Shown: positions 48,201 to 61,200 of the stretch, in pieces
Position numbering within the stretch: position 1 is the stretch's first letter
Layout: each line of letters opens with the position of its first letter
Source: a virus
Virus record (IMG/VR): IMGVR_UViG_3300033153_004222
Coordinates: 1 to 64,000 of that record
Reading direction: 5' to 3' (one strand)
Length of the DNA stretch: 64,000 bases
Made by a program: the position numbers and the translations under genes
The notes under the pieces: model-generated
Told to the model about the DNA's origin: nothing
Database searches by the model: none
What the model saw: the letters and a program-made list of their open reading frames with translations, nothing else

Positions 48201-49255
48201 TCTTTAGAAAGTTTTTTAACATCTGCTTTTCTAAATATAGATTTAAATCTTTCCCAGGCCCGTTTGATAGTATTTAATAATGTTTTAGGCTGCTCATTCT
48301 TAAAATTAGTTATAAGAGCCTGTCCAATTAGCTTTCCTACTGTTTCAGCGATATATTTATCCTCATTATCTTTATACAGATGAGCATAATCTTTTTTTAC
48401 TTTAGTATAAGTGTCTGTTTTAACAGCTAAACTCCTCATTCTCTTTACTAAAGGATTATCTTTTCCCAAAAGTTCATAGATAAAGTGTCCTGCTTCTTCA
48501 GGGATAGTTGTAAGATCTGCTTTTCCTTGCGAGATCATTATAATTTTATTTGTGATATCAGCTACTCCGGCTGCATCTACGCCCATTTTCTCCTTTAAGG
48601 AAGCGTATGCCTCTATTGTAACACCAAAAGGGCTTAGAAAGGCTATAAGACGGTTTTCTAATTCAATTTCTCGCTCATTAATCGCCTGTTGTCGTATAGG
48701 ATGGACAATATCATTCTCAGAATTCAGATCAATAGCTGTTCTAACTTGACTGTCTGAATGAATATTTAATTCTTTAAATCCTTTTAATGCAATGTCTATA
48801 CCTTTTTGATGTAGTTTGTCTGCAAATGCTACTCGTTGTCCTCTTGTAGGAACAGTCTTTATCCCAAGATCAGCGGCAACAGCCTTATTAAATTCTATTA
48901 TATTATCATAAACTTGAATATTCTCAGAATTAACAAATACAGGAGTAACATTCCCAAATTTTTCTGCATAGGATTTATCATTAGTAAAGTATATTCCTTC
49001 TCCTATTTTTGCAGCTCCTCTATTTCTCTTATAATTGTACCTATCTATTCCTGTATCTTCCCCTCTGTACATAACCAGAGCTTCTCCATTTTCATCTACA
49101 ACCTTTGTTTTACCAAATTCTTTTTCAAATGTAGGAGTCTTGGTTACTACCCAAGTCTTTAAAGCCTCAGCTTGTCCATAATCTTTTTCTAAAGAACTAA
49201 ATATTTTAGAATCTTTTCCGTTAGGTGCTTTTACAAAATCTACTTTACAAGCCAT
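45251..49255 (-). CDS. Large virion cargo protein with N-terminal ART-PolyVal-like domain
   Basis: FEKEFGKTKVVDENGEALVMYRG...GEGIYFT...YAEKFG; peptidase-like PEEAGH; hydrophobic C-terminal helices; adjacent to the RNAP gene. Confidence 0.7.
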   Translation of the reverse strand: MACKVDFVKAPNGKDSKIFSSLEKDYGQAEALKTWVVTKTPTFEKEFGKTKVVDENGEALVMYRGEDTGIDRYNYKRNRGAAKIGEGIYFTNDKSYAEKFGNVTPVFVNSENIQVYDNIIEFNKAVAADLGIKTVPTRGQRVAFADKLHQKGIDIALKGFKELNIHSDSQVRTAIDLNSENDIVHPIRQQAINEREIELENRLIAFLSPFGVTIEAYASLKEKMGVDAAGVADITNKIIMISQGKADLTTIPEEAGHFIYELLGKDNPLVKRMRSLAVKTDTYTKVKKDYAHLYKDNEDKYIAETVGKLIGQALITNFKNEQPKTLLNTIKRAWERFKSIFRKADVKKLSKEVRAVYGELASNILNGDATGLSANNMTDTVYYQQTETPDIEDDAEIIKKEQTEEKEEEKTEEEAPQAEIKEEISNIQDVIIDTKNSIELKIKAIERSGKRGDPKVAKIIENLKYMNVLLDGKEKNLAMLNFLGKAQTDLLFVRKKFKSLLAAMEAGDEIDAKELLRYKRYVEIYNIDFIRALLDEIKESEEFKTVIAPEKQMMFKAGFDNLINTINADFKKIGRPLLAKVLQKLNANTDLTEADIESQLEKGLTDTNSFTRWVETLAESSDQIIALGAKMVNEQKEKGRLETNRFEDELYAKINAFEKFRANQGIRIGDPKALYDIFYAKDDKGETDGRLINYDTALKKFGKDSKEFEYYEYFTQTYYKLQKKLPYQFNRGLNLPSIRARAHERVAGKQGIIRVLGEEIKDATTLQADDVGFGEPGTEKQVRDHRFVPVLYHAQIGEKKGMIPPGELSYDLGNSLSAFGAMAINNSQMNTIAAELEILRDLLSNRQVAKTTGGLINTVKGKKHGTPMQRADTMQGNETNGYKQFDMYMDMVFYGMRKDSSEIQIGNKRFVKTKLADALNKYSSMRTLAFNLFSGISNVTMGKTMNFVEAHAGQHFDKKTFISAQKTYLGSMMGFLSDINHKTPKSKLGQLVRLYDGLQEYDEYGTPITGNKLWKRLLNTNAMFFMQKGGEHEIQVTLMIAFLKGKMVKTKSGKEIKLFDAYQQDKNGKLVLSDDVVDYTEEQLIKDSQKIKQVSQKLHGVYNSQDLINAQYVWAGRLAILFRKWLYPSIKRRWGSTRFNQRLESYEEGNYLTVFKFFRNVFKNHKANQVGWVAAYNDTKGGLKDWQKQNIRRSYAEGTIMLGITILIGMLAGLDDEDDERNWVENMVLFQLHRLNAEMKMYMPWNIKEALQILKSPSASMSTVEHIARTVGSIFGMGTSLITEGDIPRYTRDTGLYDEGDAKIWKQFDESIPMWKEIRAMTAPENRLKWMLWK

Positions 49256-52200
49256 TATTCATTACATTTTATTTGTGAATCTCCATCTTCTTGTGCTTTT
49301 TTCATAGCATCTGTAAATTCTTTACTTCCTCTTACTTCTAACTCATCCATATCATCTCCTAAATTTATATTTGTTTCTCCCTGTTCATAAGAAATCTGTT
49401 CCTCAACAGTTTTATTAACAATATTATTATCTGTGGCTACAATATTTGTATTATCTCCAGGAGTAGTTACAGTAGGATCAGGTGAACCAGCTGTAGGTTT
49501 AGCAGGAGGTCCTGATGTATCTACATCCGTGTTATCAGGATGAATTGATTCTGGATTGATTTCCTCTGGATAAACTTCAAAGAATTTATTTTGTTCTCCT
49601 AAAGCATCCATATGAGTATAATGTGCAAAAGCATTTTTAGAAGTTGCTCCTCCTCCTTCTAACAATTTTCTATATCCTCTACGTTTCTTAGAATTTTTAT
49701 CCCACATAGTTACAACTTGTGGAAAACCATTTATAGCACTTCCTTTTTTTCCTTGAACGAAAAGATTTGAATCTTCTCCTACAGAGAATGTTTCTATAAA
49801 ATGCCTTTTGCTTTTAGTATATCCCATAGTAATAGGAGAAACTTGATCAGCTCTAACTTTTTTAATTAGTTTAGGATCGCTAATTCTATTTCTTAGTATT
49901 TGCATAAGAAGTTCCGGTACAGCTAATGCTTCTATTTTTTTATCTTCTTCAATAGCTTTTCTATCTCTTCCTTCTGAATCTTGTTCTTCTAAAGATAAAT
50001 ACCCCCAGCCGTGTGAATCTCTTCCTGCTAAATAAGGAAAGTAAGTTTTAAATGATCCTTCATTTAAATCTTTTAAAAATTTTGATAAACTGGCTGTTGT
50101 ATTTCCTGCAATATCTTCTCCAAGACTTTTCCATATAATAAGAGGTATTAGATCTACAAAAGAATTAGGTCCAGATTGAAAACCAGAAGTTCGTATTGAA
50201 TAATCTACTAAGTTTGTCATTACTTTTTTGACATGCTCTACTGCTTTTTGCTTTTCTGCTGCATTTAATCTTATATGCTTCCCTGATTTAGAATCCCATT
50301 TTACATTAACATTTCTTTCTGTATGATAAAATAATTCATAAAAGGCATCTACAAATGCAGATTTAGTTTCTTGTGTATAAGAAGCTGCATTGTTGAATCG
50401 TACCATTTGAAACTTGTTACTACCATTATAAATATCTCCTGATAAATATTTTAGAAGTTTATTCTCCCCTAAATTATATAAGTACTTTATATTGGTTAAG
50501 TCTTGTGCTACTGTTTGATTTGATTCTCCTTCTTTTGGTTTAAATAATTTCTTTTTACTTTCTTCTTTTGTTCTTTGATTCATAAGGGCTGCAACTGGAG
50601 ATCCTTGTGTGAACATTATAAAAGAATAGATATCCGAATTCATTCTTTCTATTAATTTTTTATCATTAAATGTCCCATTTTTCTGATGAGTCATTTCTGC
50701 CAAGAATTTTTTTGCTCTTAAAAAGAAATCAGAATTATAAGGCATAAATTCAGATATAACTTCTTCTGCTCCTAAAATAGCATGTTCATAATAAGCATTT
50801 AGTCTTGGAGAACTTGAAGGTCCTACAGGTTGCTTTGTAACTGCATCTTTAGCTGGATATACTCCTTTTACAGTTATATTAGCTTCTCCAGACTCTACAA
50901 AGTTTTTATTATTTAACCATAGCTCTATATCAGATAGCCCACTCATTGCTGTAAATCTATCAGGAGCTAACATTTTATTAGATTTAGCTAAATCAGATCC
51001 CATATCCCAATACTTAACAAAGTCCATTAAAACTTGTTTTTGGAATTGAAGCCCTGGGACTTGACCATGTTTTCCAGCTCCAGTTATGCCGCTACTACCT
51101 GGCTCCTCTTCAGCCATTTCAGATATATCTTTTCCTAAAGATTTTCTTAAACCTTCTGGTGTTATTTTTATTCTATTTTCTTCTGCAGCTCCATATTGAA
51201 TCTTCTTACCATTAGGTCCTTTAGTTGGCAAATTTAATTCTGCTGCCATTCTATTAGCAGTTTCAGAGGGAGTATATGCATGTTCATCTAATGCAAATCT
51301 CTTTTTAAGTTCTCTTATTACAGGTTGATTTATAAAATCAGTAGCTATACTATTATTTATTCCCAGCCTATTGAACATAGCTACTATATTAGCAGTAAAT
51401 GTATTTATATTTAAACTACCTGTAATTGGATCTTTTGCATTATCAAGAGAAGCATTTAAATCTTCATTTAAATATAAAGATCGTAGCTCTCCATCAAATC
51501 CATATATTCCACTTAAATCTCTTATTGGATTTTCTTTAGTTCCAATAGTTACTCCCTCACCATTATCCATTTCTATAAATACTCCTTTTTTAGGATCTGT
51601 TATTTGAATGTCAATATCTTGGGATAGTGCATGGGCTACAGAATGATTAGCAAATATTCCTACTAATACTTTAGCATCTTTGTTTACAGATTCTAAATAG
51701 ACATCTGTATAAGCAGAGTTAAAGTTGAAAGTTCCGGTATCTTGAAGCATTCCTGGTATTTCACCATACTCCTTCATTTTATTTTTATAAGTATCTGTAT
51801 CTAAAGGATTTATAACATCAGGTGCATGATTTTTAGATGTTAGTATCCCAAATCTTATAGAGAATAATACATTTTGAATTTCTTTATCAGTTAAAGAGCT
51901 AACATCAATTTTTCCATCTTTTAAGGCTTCTATTTTATCTGCAACAGGAACTTTTTGAAAAGTATTTTCTCCTGTTTCCTCTAAAGCAGGATAAAATAGA
52001 TTTAATTTATCAACATCAAAGTCAGCTCCAGTTTGAGTAGTTATATCAGCTGGTAATACAATCTGTCCTTTAGCGGTTGGGGGAAGAACCTTTTTAATTA
52101 TTAAAGGAAGCATTGAACTTTTTCCTTGAGTTGGAATACGATATCCTACTAATTCAAGAACCGACTTATCCATTCCTGCTCTTTCCATAGCTTGATAATC

Positions 52201-55200
52201 CACAACTCCTGTTTCAGAATTTACATACTCTAATAAACCAAGTTTATTGGCTTGTTGGTAGGAAATAGCTACTTCTGCTGCTTTTAGTCTTCCATCTTCA
52301 AATCTATAATACCCAAGATCATTTGTTTCATCTAATCCATATTCTGCTACCTGGACAGCAGAATCTCCTGGCATTCTTTGTGTCATTACTCTTGCTTTGA
52401 ATATAGACGCTAATGCTATCTCAAATTTCTTTGCATAAGCAGGAAAAGAAAGGGGCATTGCAAATTGTATCTCTCCTTCTATTTTTTCAATTTCTAAAGC
52501 AAGACTGTAATTATCTGGAAGTTCTCTGGACTCTATCTGCTCTAAGAGAAGTTTTTGAATTTTCTTCAAAAAGTTTAAAGCTATATCTGGATCATTAGGA
52601 TTGTTTTTAAATTCATTCCATCCTAACTCTTTAGATAATTTATCAGCAGTTCTTTTTATTTTTTCTACATATACAAGATCGTTTACATTTTTTATATCCT
52701 CAGTTAAAAGCTCTTTAATTCCTTCTATACTATCGTAGATAGCACCTGGAACCATATCTGCTGTTATTAATTTTACTATTTGAGAACCATCTTTAGGATT
52801 CATTCCTTTTTCTGCTGGTAAAACAAATGGACTTCTTTCATTATCAGATTGAAGAACATGAACTTCCATGTTTTCTAACTCTGCACTTGATTTATTGTTA
52901 TATTTTGTTACTCCACTTTTTCCTACTTTTACAGCTGACTCTAAATTAACAGCATCAATTTTTGTTAATCCTTTATCTGCAAACTCTCCAGTTGTTTCCA
53001 TTCTTCGTCTAAGCTTATCTAATTCAGGATTAGTTTTAGTAAAAGCAGGATACAAAGGAACGGTTGAATGTTTTATTTGTGTAAATACAACTTGCTGAAG
53101 AGTTTCATCAAAGTGATATCCAAAAGAAAATGTTTTTAAAGGTTTAAGAGCTAACTTTTGAGCCCATTCAGGCCATGTATTGGGATCGGATTCTTTAGTC
53201 CAATATTCATTATAAGCTACTTCATGGCTATGTTCTCCTTCTGTTGTCCATTCTCCTCTTCCTTCCATAGTTTTCTTATGGGCCTCCAGAGTTGTGTATC
53301 CTTGTGCATCTGATTTATTACTGCCTCTTCTGTAAGGGAGAACTATTTTAACTGCTTTTCTTTCAGCGACAGGAAGTGCTTTAAAGAAAGCATCTAATTT
53401 TTTTTCTAATTTTTTCTTCTTGGTCTTATCAGTTTCCTCATTTATTTTTTCTTCTAAAGCTTCAATATGTTTAATAACATTTTTAGCTCCTGTAACTCCT
53501 AAAGCTCCTTCCCAAGATGGATTTTTAGTAAAACCAATTGCTAAATTGGCGGCTCTATTTAAGGACATTTTAGAATAAATATCCTCTATTATGGCCATTC
53601 TTATCTCTTTAGTTTTTCCATAATCATCTTGAGAATTAGAATCTAAAGCCATTTGTGATACCATATGGTCTAAGCCAGGAGTAATGGATTGATATGCCCT
53701 CTTACCTGCATCTACAACTACACTCACAAATTTTCCTTTGGCTCCTGGAAATTCATCATTTTTAGAAATATCTTTCTCTGTAGATTTATAATAAGCCAGA
53801 TCTCCATTTTCATATTTGCTGAACTCAGTTCTCCATACAAGATCATTGAGTAAAAATTCAGTCATAGCATCATCAACATCTGACACTACAATAGGATTTT
53901 CCTCTGTTCCTATATTAGTAGTAGAACTTGAAAATTTATCAGGTGATATTTCATCAGAATAAAATTTTCCATCATGCTCTACTAAAACTCCATCTGCAAC
54001 CATAGCTCGTTTGCTTCTCAAAGTTTCTCGTTCCATAAAAGCATCTAAAGCTTTATCTACAGCAGTTAATTCTGTTTTATTAAAGAATTTTACATTACCA
54101 TCAGAATCAAATAAGTTATAATTAGTAAAATTTAAATCAGGAATAGACATAAATTTTAATCCGTTTGCCGCCTCTCTATTCAGAGTGCCGTCAGGATTTT
54201 TTCCTTTATAATGGTAGTTTTCTTTAAGCTTACTATCCGGTAAAGCATTTTCACCAAACAATTGTGAATGAACTCTTGATATTCTTGCCCTTTCTTGTAG
54301 AACATTTCTTCTTAATACAGCTTTTGCTGCATTTTTAACTCCTTGAATCTCTCCTATTAAACCTCCTGTTGCATTAAGCTGTGGTACTTTATTTTTGTTA
54401 CTTGCTAATAAAGGAACTCTTATATAAAGAGAACGCCCCTTATCTGATTTAGTTCCAGTATTTATAAGTCCGTATCCTGTATTTTTATAATGACCATTAT
54501 TTCTGTAAAAATTTAACCTTGTTAACCAGGTTTGTTTAGGTGTCATTTTATCATAGGTAATAGCTTCATCACCTCTTTCCAATTTTGTACTATCTAATTC
54601 TATTAGGGCAAACTCTTCCCTTACTTTATTAATACCATTAGAATCTTTAAAATCAAGTAGTAATGAAAATAGCATTGACCTGGCAACTCCGGTATCATCA
54701 GGATTATAATATACATCTCTATTAAATGTTTCCCATATTTTTTCGACTCCTTCTTTGGTAGCCATCTCTGAAGAAAGCTTAGATAGATAAGAATTTAGAT
54801 TTATAGAATAAACCAATTTGCCCTCACCATTAGTGAAAGAACCTGTGTATAAATCACTACTAACATCTTGAACTAACTGAGCTATCTTTTTAAAATTCTT
54901 AGTTTGACCTTTAGCTCCTGTAGTAGTATAAGGATTACTTCCTTTTGAAATTTGTTTATTAGAAGGATTATACCCCAATTCTTTTAGTATATGAGAAAAT
55001 TTTCCTTCAACTACTGTTTTTTGAAACTCTGAAGGAGGATACGTAGTTTCAAACATCTTTAGAACATTGGGTTCAAATTCAATTCCAATATGTTTAAAAA
55101 CTCTGTTTACATGTTTATAATATTCAGTAGGATTCTTGATATGAGAAAATAGGTCTTGATATTGTTTTCCTAAATTAGAAAGTACAGCTGAATTTATAGA

Positions 55201-58200
55201 ACCATCTGCATTAAATAGTCCGAGAATATTTCTATTAGTATTCCATCTTTCTACAATTTGCTTTTGTACATCTTGTCTATTTGTTTCAATGAGTTCCCAA
55301 GCTCCATTTTTATCTACTACAGCTGTCATAAATTTTAACTGTGTCTTAGAAAAATTAGAACGAAAGGCTGTCTTAGTTCTACTATCCCAGGTTAAATATT
55401 TTTGATATACAGCCGATATAGAGCTTTTCCATTGAGCCAATTCTTTTAATCTTTCTTCAATTTGATGTGGTTGGTATCCAGCTAATTTACTTGCAAGGTC
55501 TGCATAGACTTCATCAAAATTTAAAAAAGAAGGAAGTCCAGTAAACTTACTTTTACCATCATCTATAATTTTTTTATTACTATCTCTAATTACTGGTTTC
55601 TGTATAAAACTTAAAGCAGTTTTAACTTGCCAGGACATTGTTTTTTTAGGGCTGGAGTAAAAATAGTTTTCACCATGTATCCTTTCTTTACTATTAGTAG
55701 AAGGATCTCCATCATCATCAACAGTAGGAATTCCAAGCTCTAATGCTTCTTTTTCTATCTTTTCAAATTTATCTACTGTCCATCCTTCTTTAGATTGTGC
55801 AAGAGTTATAGCAACACCATGTTTCCGCAAAGAATTTAAAAGAAGTCCTTTAAAGCCAGGATTCTGAACTACTCCTCCTTTATTTATATCAAGCCATGCC
55901 CCTTTAGAGTTTTCTATAGCTCTATGAACATTCTTTCTTTTTATTTTAGAATTATATACAGAGGTTTCAGATCCAGACTTTCCTTCATTCTTTTGTATGA
56001 ATTTATCTAAAACTTCAACATAATTCTGCATTGTTTCTCGCAAGTTTTCTATTCCTTGCATTAAATCTTTTGTATATTCTCTCTTACTTAAAATATCCTC
56101 AACACTTTGAGCTTTACTTGTTCCATCAGCTATCATTTTAGGAAGAACTTTGGTTACTAAACCAAATCGAAGTGATTCTACCATACCATCTTTTTCTGCA
56201 TTAGACCATTCAGGTTTACTCCTTAACATAGCATCGTTAGGATTAAACTTTTCACTCTTCATTTTAGCTTTAGTAGCATCTGATATTTTAAAATCTCCTA
56301 CTTTAATTTTAAGAAACATTCTTTCCATTGTCATAGAAGAAAGATATATTGAATCTGGATTAAGAATAGTAGTACCATAAATTCTAATAGCTAAGATGGC
56401 TTTTCTTATTCTATCAAATATCTTCTGAATAATTCTTCCTAATTTAGTCTTCTTTATTCTTCCTTTAGATTCCTCTGCCTCCATGAACTCTCTGAATAGT
56501 TCAGCAGCTTTTTCCTCAAAAAAGATTTCTTCTAACTCTGCTTTAGTTTTTTTAGGATATAATTTTTTAAGAGCGTCTTCTTCGGCAAGAGAAAAAGTAC
56601 CGTATTTTTCTTGCATTGCTCTAAAGACCTGTTTCTTTTCTTGTTCAGTTGTAGCAAGATCCATTACTACATGGAAAGATTCGTGATATGCTGTTCCTTT
56701 AGCTCCTAAACGAGCAAGTAATACTAATCCATTTGAATAGGCCCCGTAAGCCTGTCTGCCGCCCTTCATTTGAATATATTTGGCATTAGCCATAGGAAGT
56801 ATATGATCCGGTCCAAAAGTTCTTACAATCCAATCTACTTCAGCTTCAGTTAAAATATTACCTGGATTCTCTTGAAATTTATTTTCTACTTCTAAAGAGG
56901 CTTCTCTCCATTTTATATCTGGACTATCATCTTCTCCCTCTTTAAGTTCATTTCCTTCTATATCAGTATTTTCTACAGTAGCATTTTCTTCTGAGTTCTC
57001 ATCAACTTTTATTCCTGGTTTTTCAACTTCTGAATGAGAATCTCCTTCACCTTCTACAACCTGTTGATTTTTCTTTATTTCTTCTCCAACTGTATCTGTT
57101 TCAGATTGAACTGTAGCTACATTATCATTAGTTACAGAATCAGATTTTTGAATAGGAACTAATTTAACTTTAGAATCTGTAAATTTTTGTCCAGGTGCAA
57201 CATCTGTAGTTACAAGCCCAGGAACACCATCTACTTCTTTATCAGATAAATATTCTGTATAGGAACTATACTCTTTTCCAGTTGTGTAATCTTTAACTGG
57301 TCCATTTTCTATTACTTTTTCCTTACTAACTTGATAACTTTTTCCCATTATAGCCTCTATCAAATTTTCTCTAAAAGCATTTATTGCTGATTCCATTAAG
57401 AGTTTATCCTCTGAAGTAGCTCCAAGTGTGGCATTTCCTCCACCTATCCATTCTCTTTTTACAAAAGCTTTTCCATTAGGATCTACTCCCATTACTTGTT
57501 CCCCGTAGTTTCCTTCGGGTGAGTTTTCTAAACTTTGAAATATACGTACATGATATGCTTGAGAGCCAGGTACAGCTTGTTTTGGATCAATAGGATTTCC
57601 TGCTTCATCTTCTAATCCCAAAGCTTTTCGTAAATTATTATGTTTGCCTCTATTTTGATGATCTACCCCTATTATTTGATTACCTACTTTTATTTTAATA
57701 GCACTATTATCTACATAGAAAAGAGGGGCTTTTGGATTTTCAGATTTAGATATATTATGCCCTGCTTTAGTTGCTATTAAATCTTCTATTATTGCCTTTT
57801 TTTGTTCTCCGTCTAACTTAGGATTTAAAAGAATATTATCTATTACTGATTCAGCATTGGCTCTTGAAATAGTTTTTGTTTCCAGCCTAACCGGAACAAT
57901 TGCCCCATTAGCAGATGGAATCATAGCATATAATCTTCCTCTTTCAGACATTGCATCCATACTTTCCCAAGTATTAGTTTCTCTATTCCAAAAAAGAACT
58001 GCTCCGCCACCTTCTCTTGTACTTGCTTTTCCTACTCCAATTGAAAAATCTTCTCCTATAACCCCTAAATCACTAAGAGGAAGTTTAGCAGATTCTCCCT
58101 TTATTTTTGTATTCATTACAAATCCACGGTTCTTATTCTCTACAAACATTTCAACATTTCCATCTTCATCTACGTAAGTATCCCAATTCATTCTTAGATC

Positions 58201-61200
58201 AAAATCTCCAGCTGCAAGTTTTTGTAAAGGTTTACTTACATTTCCATCTTTATCTATTGTGTGGATTGTAATAGGATCTTGTTGTAAAACTTTTCCTTCT
58301 TCTGGAACATATAAAGGATTTCCAGTTTTAGGATGTTTATATTCTCCTTTTCTAAGAACTACCTTAGAGCCTTTTGTGGCCACTAAAGGATCAACCCATT
58401 GTTCAAAATCAATAACTTGTTCTTCTAATATAACATCATCAGGATTTTCATTAACCATATATAAAGCATCTCCTTCTAAAGTTCCACTTAATAAAGGAGT
58501 TAAATCTCCTGGTTTTCTATTATGAAGGAATTTTTCCATTCCTCTTACATTCTTTGTTACAGGAACTCCTGTTTTCGGATCTATCTTAATAGGATACCAA
58601 TAAATAGGAGTAACTTCTCCTGATTCTATTTTTTCTGCAAGATTTTTTATTTTATGTTTTGGAACTATCTTATACTTAGTCGCTGGTTTTTTTATAGGAT
58701 TACCGTCTTCATCTAAGCCTCTTACATATAAAGATTCTTGATTAGTATATCGTAAAAGATTTGGAGTTGAAGCTGATCTGACATCTTTTGCTTCTAATGT
58801 TATTTGAAGGAATTGAGTATTTACACTACCTACTGCATCTTCTGATATATCATACTGAGGATTAGTAGTTCGTACTACTCCATCTTCTTGCATAGTGTCT
58901 TGAGGATCTGTAGGATTAGCAGGATCTACTTCTACTTCCTCGTCTTCTTCTAAGGTAGGATCATTTTTTAGATCTGAACTTTCTTGAGAATCTTGAAGAA
59001 CTATAACAGTTTCAGTACTTATTCCCCCACCTTCATCTGTTTGACTTTCTTCTGCTTCTTTTTGTATATCTAATTGTTTTTGATCTCTTTCTTTCTGATT
59101 ATCTTCCCATTCTTTTAATTCATCCAATCTTTGATTTACAAGAGATTTATCCTGTGCTTTTAGATCATCTGCATCTTCTAAAGGCTGTACTCCTGCTAAA
59201 AATTCTTCTGATGTTTCTGCTTCTTCTAAAACTTGTAAAAGTCTTTCATTAAAATCTTGTTTCATTTGCTCAGTAAGAGCAGCAAGAGTTTCATTTGGAG
59301 GACCAGGATCTTCTGTTGTAGGAGTTTCATCTGCTGGATCAAGAGATTCATATATAGCTTTCCCATCTTTATCATACCCTGTTAAAATTCTTCCTCCTTG
59401 TATAACCGGTGCTTCATCTTTTTCAGGAGGAGTTTCTTCTGGTTTTCCATCCCAAGAATCAACAAGTTTTTCAAGAGTAGTAATTTCAGCTGCCAATTCA
59501 TCAGTCATTTCACTATCAGGAAGTTCATATAGATTTTCTAACCTATCTAAAGCTAATTTAATACCATCAGGAGCTTTGTTATAATCATATCCTTTTTTCT
59601 TTCCTCCTTTTTTCTTTCCTTTTTCCTCTAACTTTTCAGTTACATCAGGAGGAAGACCTAACTCTTCTCTTAATTTATTGGCCTGTTCCTTTATATTGGC
59701 TTGAATATCAGCATTAATTTTATTTGCTTCCTGTCTAAGGGCTTCTTGTCTTGCCCTTGTTTCAGCTTCTTTTAGTTTTAAACCTAAACGATCTAATATT
59801 TCAAGTCGTGCTGTTCTATCTGGATGATTAGATAGAGCTACACTTCTTCTAAATTGCTCAAAAGTATTTCTATCAAACTTTCCAGCTTGAATAGCTTTAT
59901 GAAGTGTTTCTTCATATGCCTTTCTTCCCCTCCCAATTCTTTCTGTCTTTTGATCAAATTTCTTTCTTTGTCCTTTACTAAAATTATCTTTAAGTAATTC
60001 TCTATAACTTTTATTTCCTTTTAATCTTTGTTTGTTAATTTTATCAAAATTCTTATTTAGGATACTTTTTATTTTCATGGCTGTTCCTATAGTTTCATTC
60101 TCTATAGCCAATTCAACATCAGTTTTAGCATTATCCTCTGCAGATAATAAAGAGCGTTCTTCAGATATATCAGCATCTTGCTCCTGGATAGCTGCTTTTA
60201 TTTCTTTTAAAGCTTTCTTTTGTTCATAATTGTATATTCTATTACTAATAGCAGTATTTCTTACTTGTCTATTTTTACCAACAATACCTGCCATATCATT
60301 CCAGGTTCCTTCCATCTCCTCTATAAACTCAACAGCTTCTTGTGCTCTTTTTTGTGCTCCTTCATCTAATCCTTTGGCTTCTCGCTGTTCTTCAGTCATA
60401 TCAGCAAATCTCTTGTAAGAATTTACTAAATGACCTGTAGTCCCATCATTTAATGACATTACAGTTTGATCCCATAAACTTTGTTTAGCTAAGTTTTGTG
60501 CCTCTAATTTAAGTTTATCTACCTCTTCTTCAGATGCCCCTTCTGATATAGCTTTATTTATTTTTTCTTGAACTTCTGATTGAGCATCCATATGAGCTTG
60601 AAGAGCTGCTCCTTTCATAAAAGTAGTAGAAAGATTAGATTGATTAATGTTATCAAACATTTGATCTATCTCTTGTATACGCTGTTCTTGTTTTGCATAT
60701 TGAGCCTCTTCTTTTGCAGCGGCCCCTGTCATTTGTTTTATAGCTTTAGTACCAGCATATTGACCAAATCCTCCTACAGCTCCTAATACTCCTGCTTCCC
60801 AAAAATGAGGATCTTTGACATGCCTTCCCATCGTTCTTTTATTGGTAAGAGCTTCAAAAATATTATCATCATTTACACCTGTAATAGCTTTACTTCCTGA
60901 TGCTCCTGCAATAAAGTTTATTTGTTCTTCTGCAAATTCTTGTCCAGTTTCAAGACCTGCTACTTTAAGCCCTTCTTTAGACCAAAAATTTGTATAAGGT
61001 TTTATTTTTTCTCTGGATGCAAGTACAGAATTTCTACCTGCCCTGGTAAACATACTTGCACTTACAAGATTCAAGGCTATATTGGCCCTGTTTATATTAA
61101 CTACATCAGATGCATCTGCAGCCGCTTTGGCTTTAGCTTCTGATTCAGATGCCCCTAAAGATTTATATAATAGTATATTATCTCTATAAACAGTTCCTGC

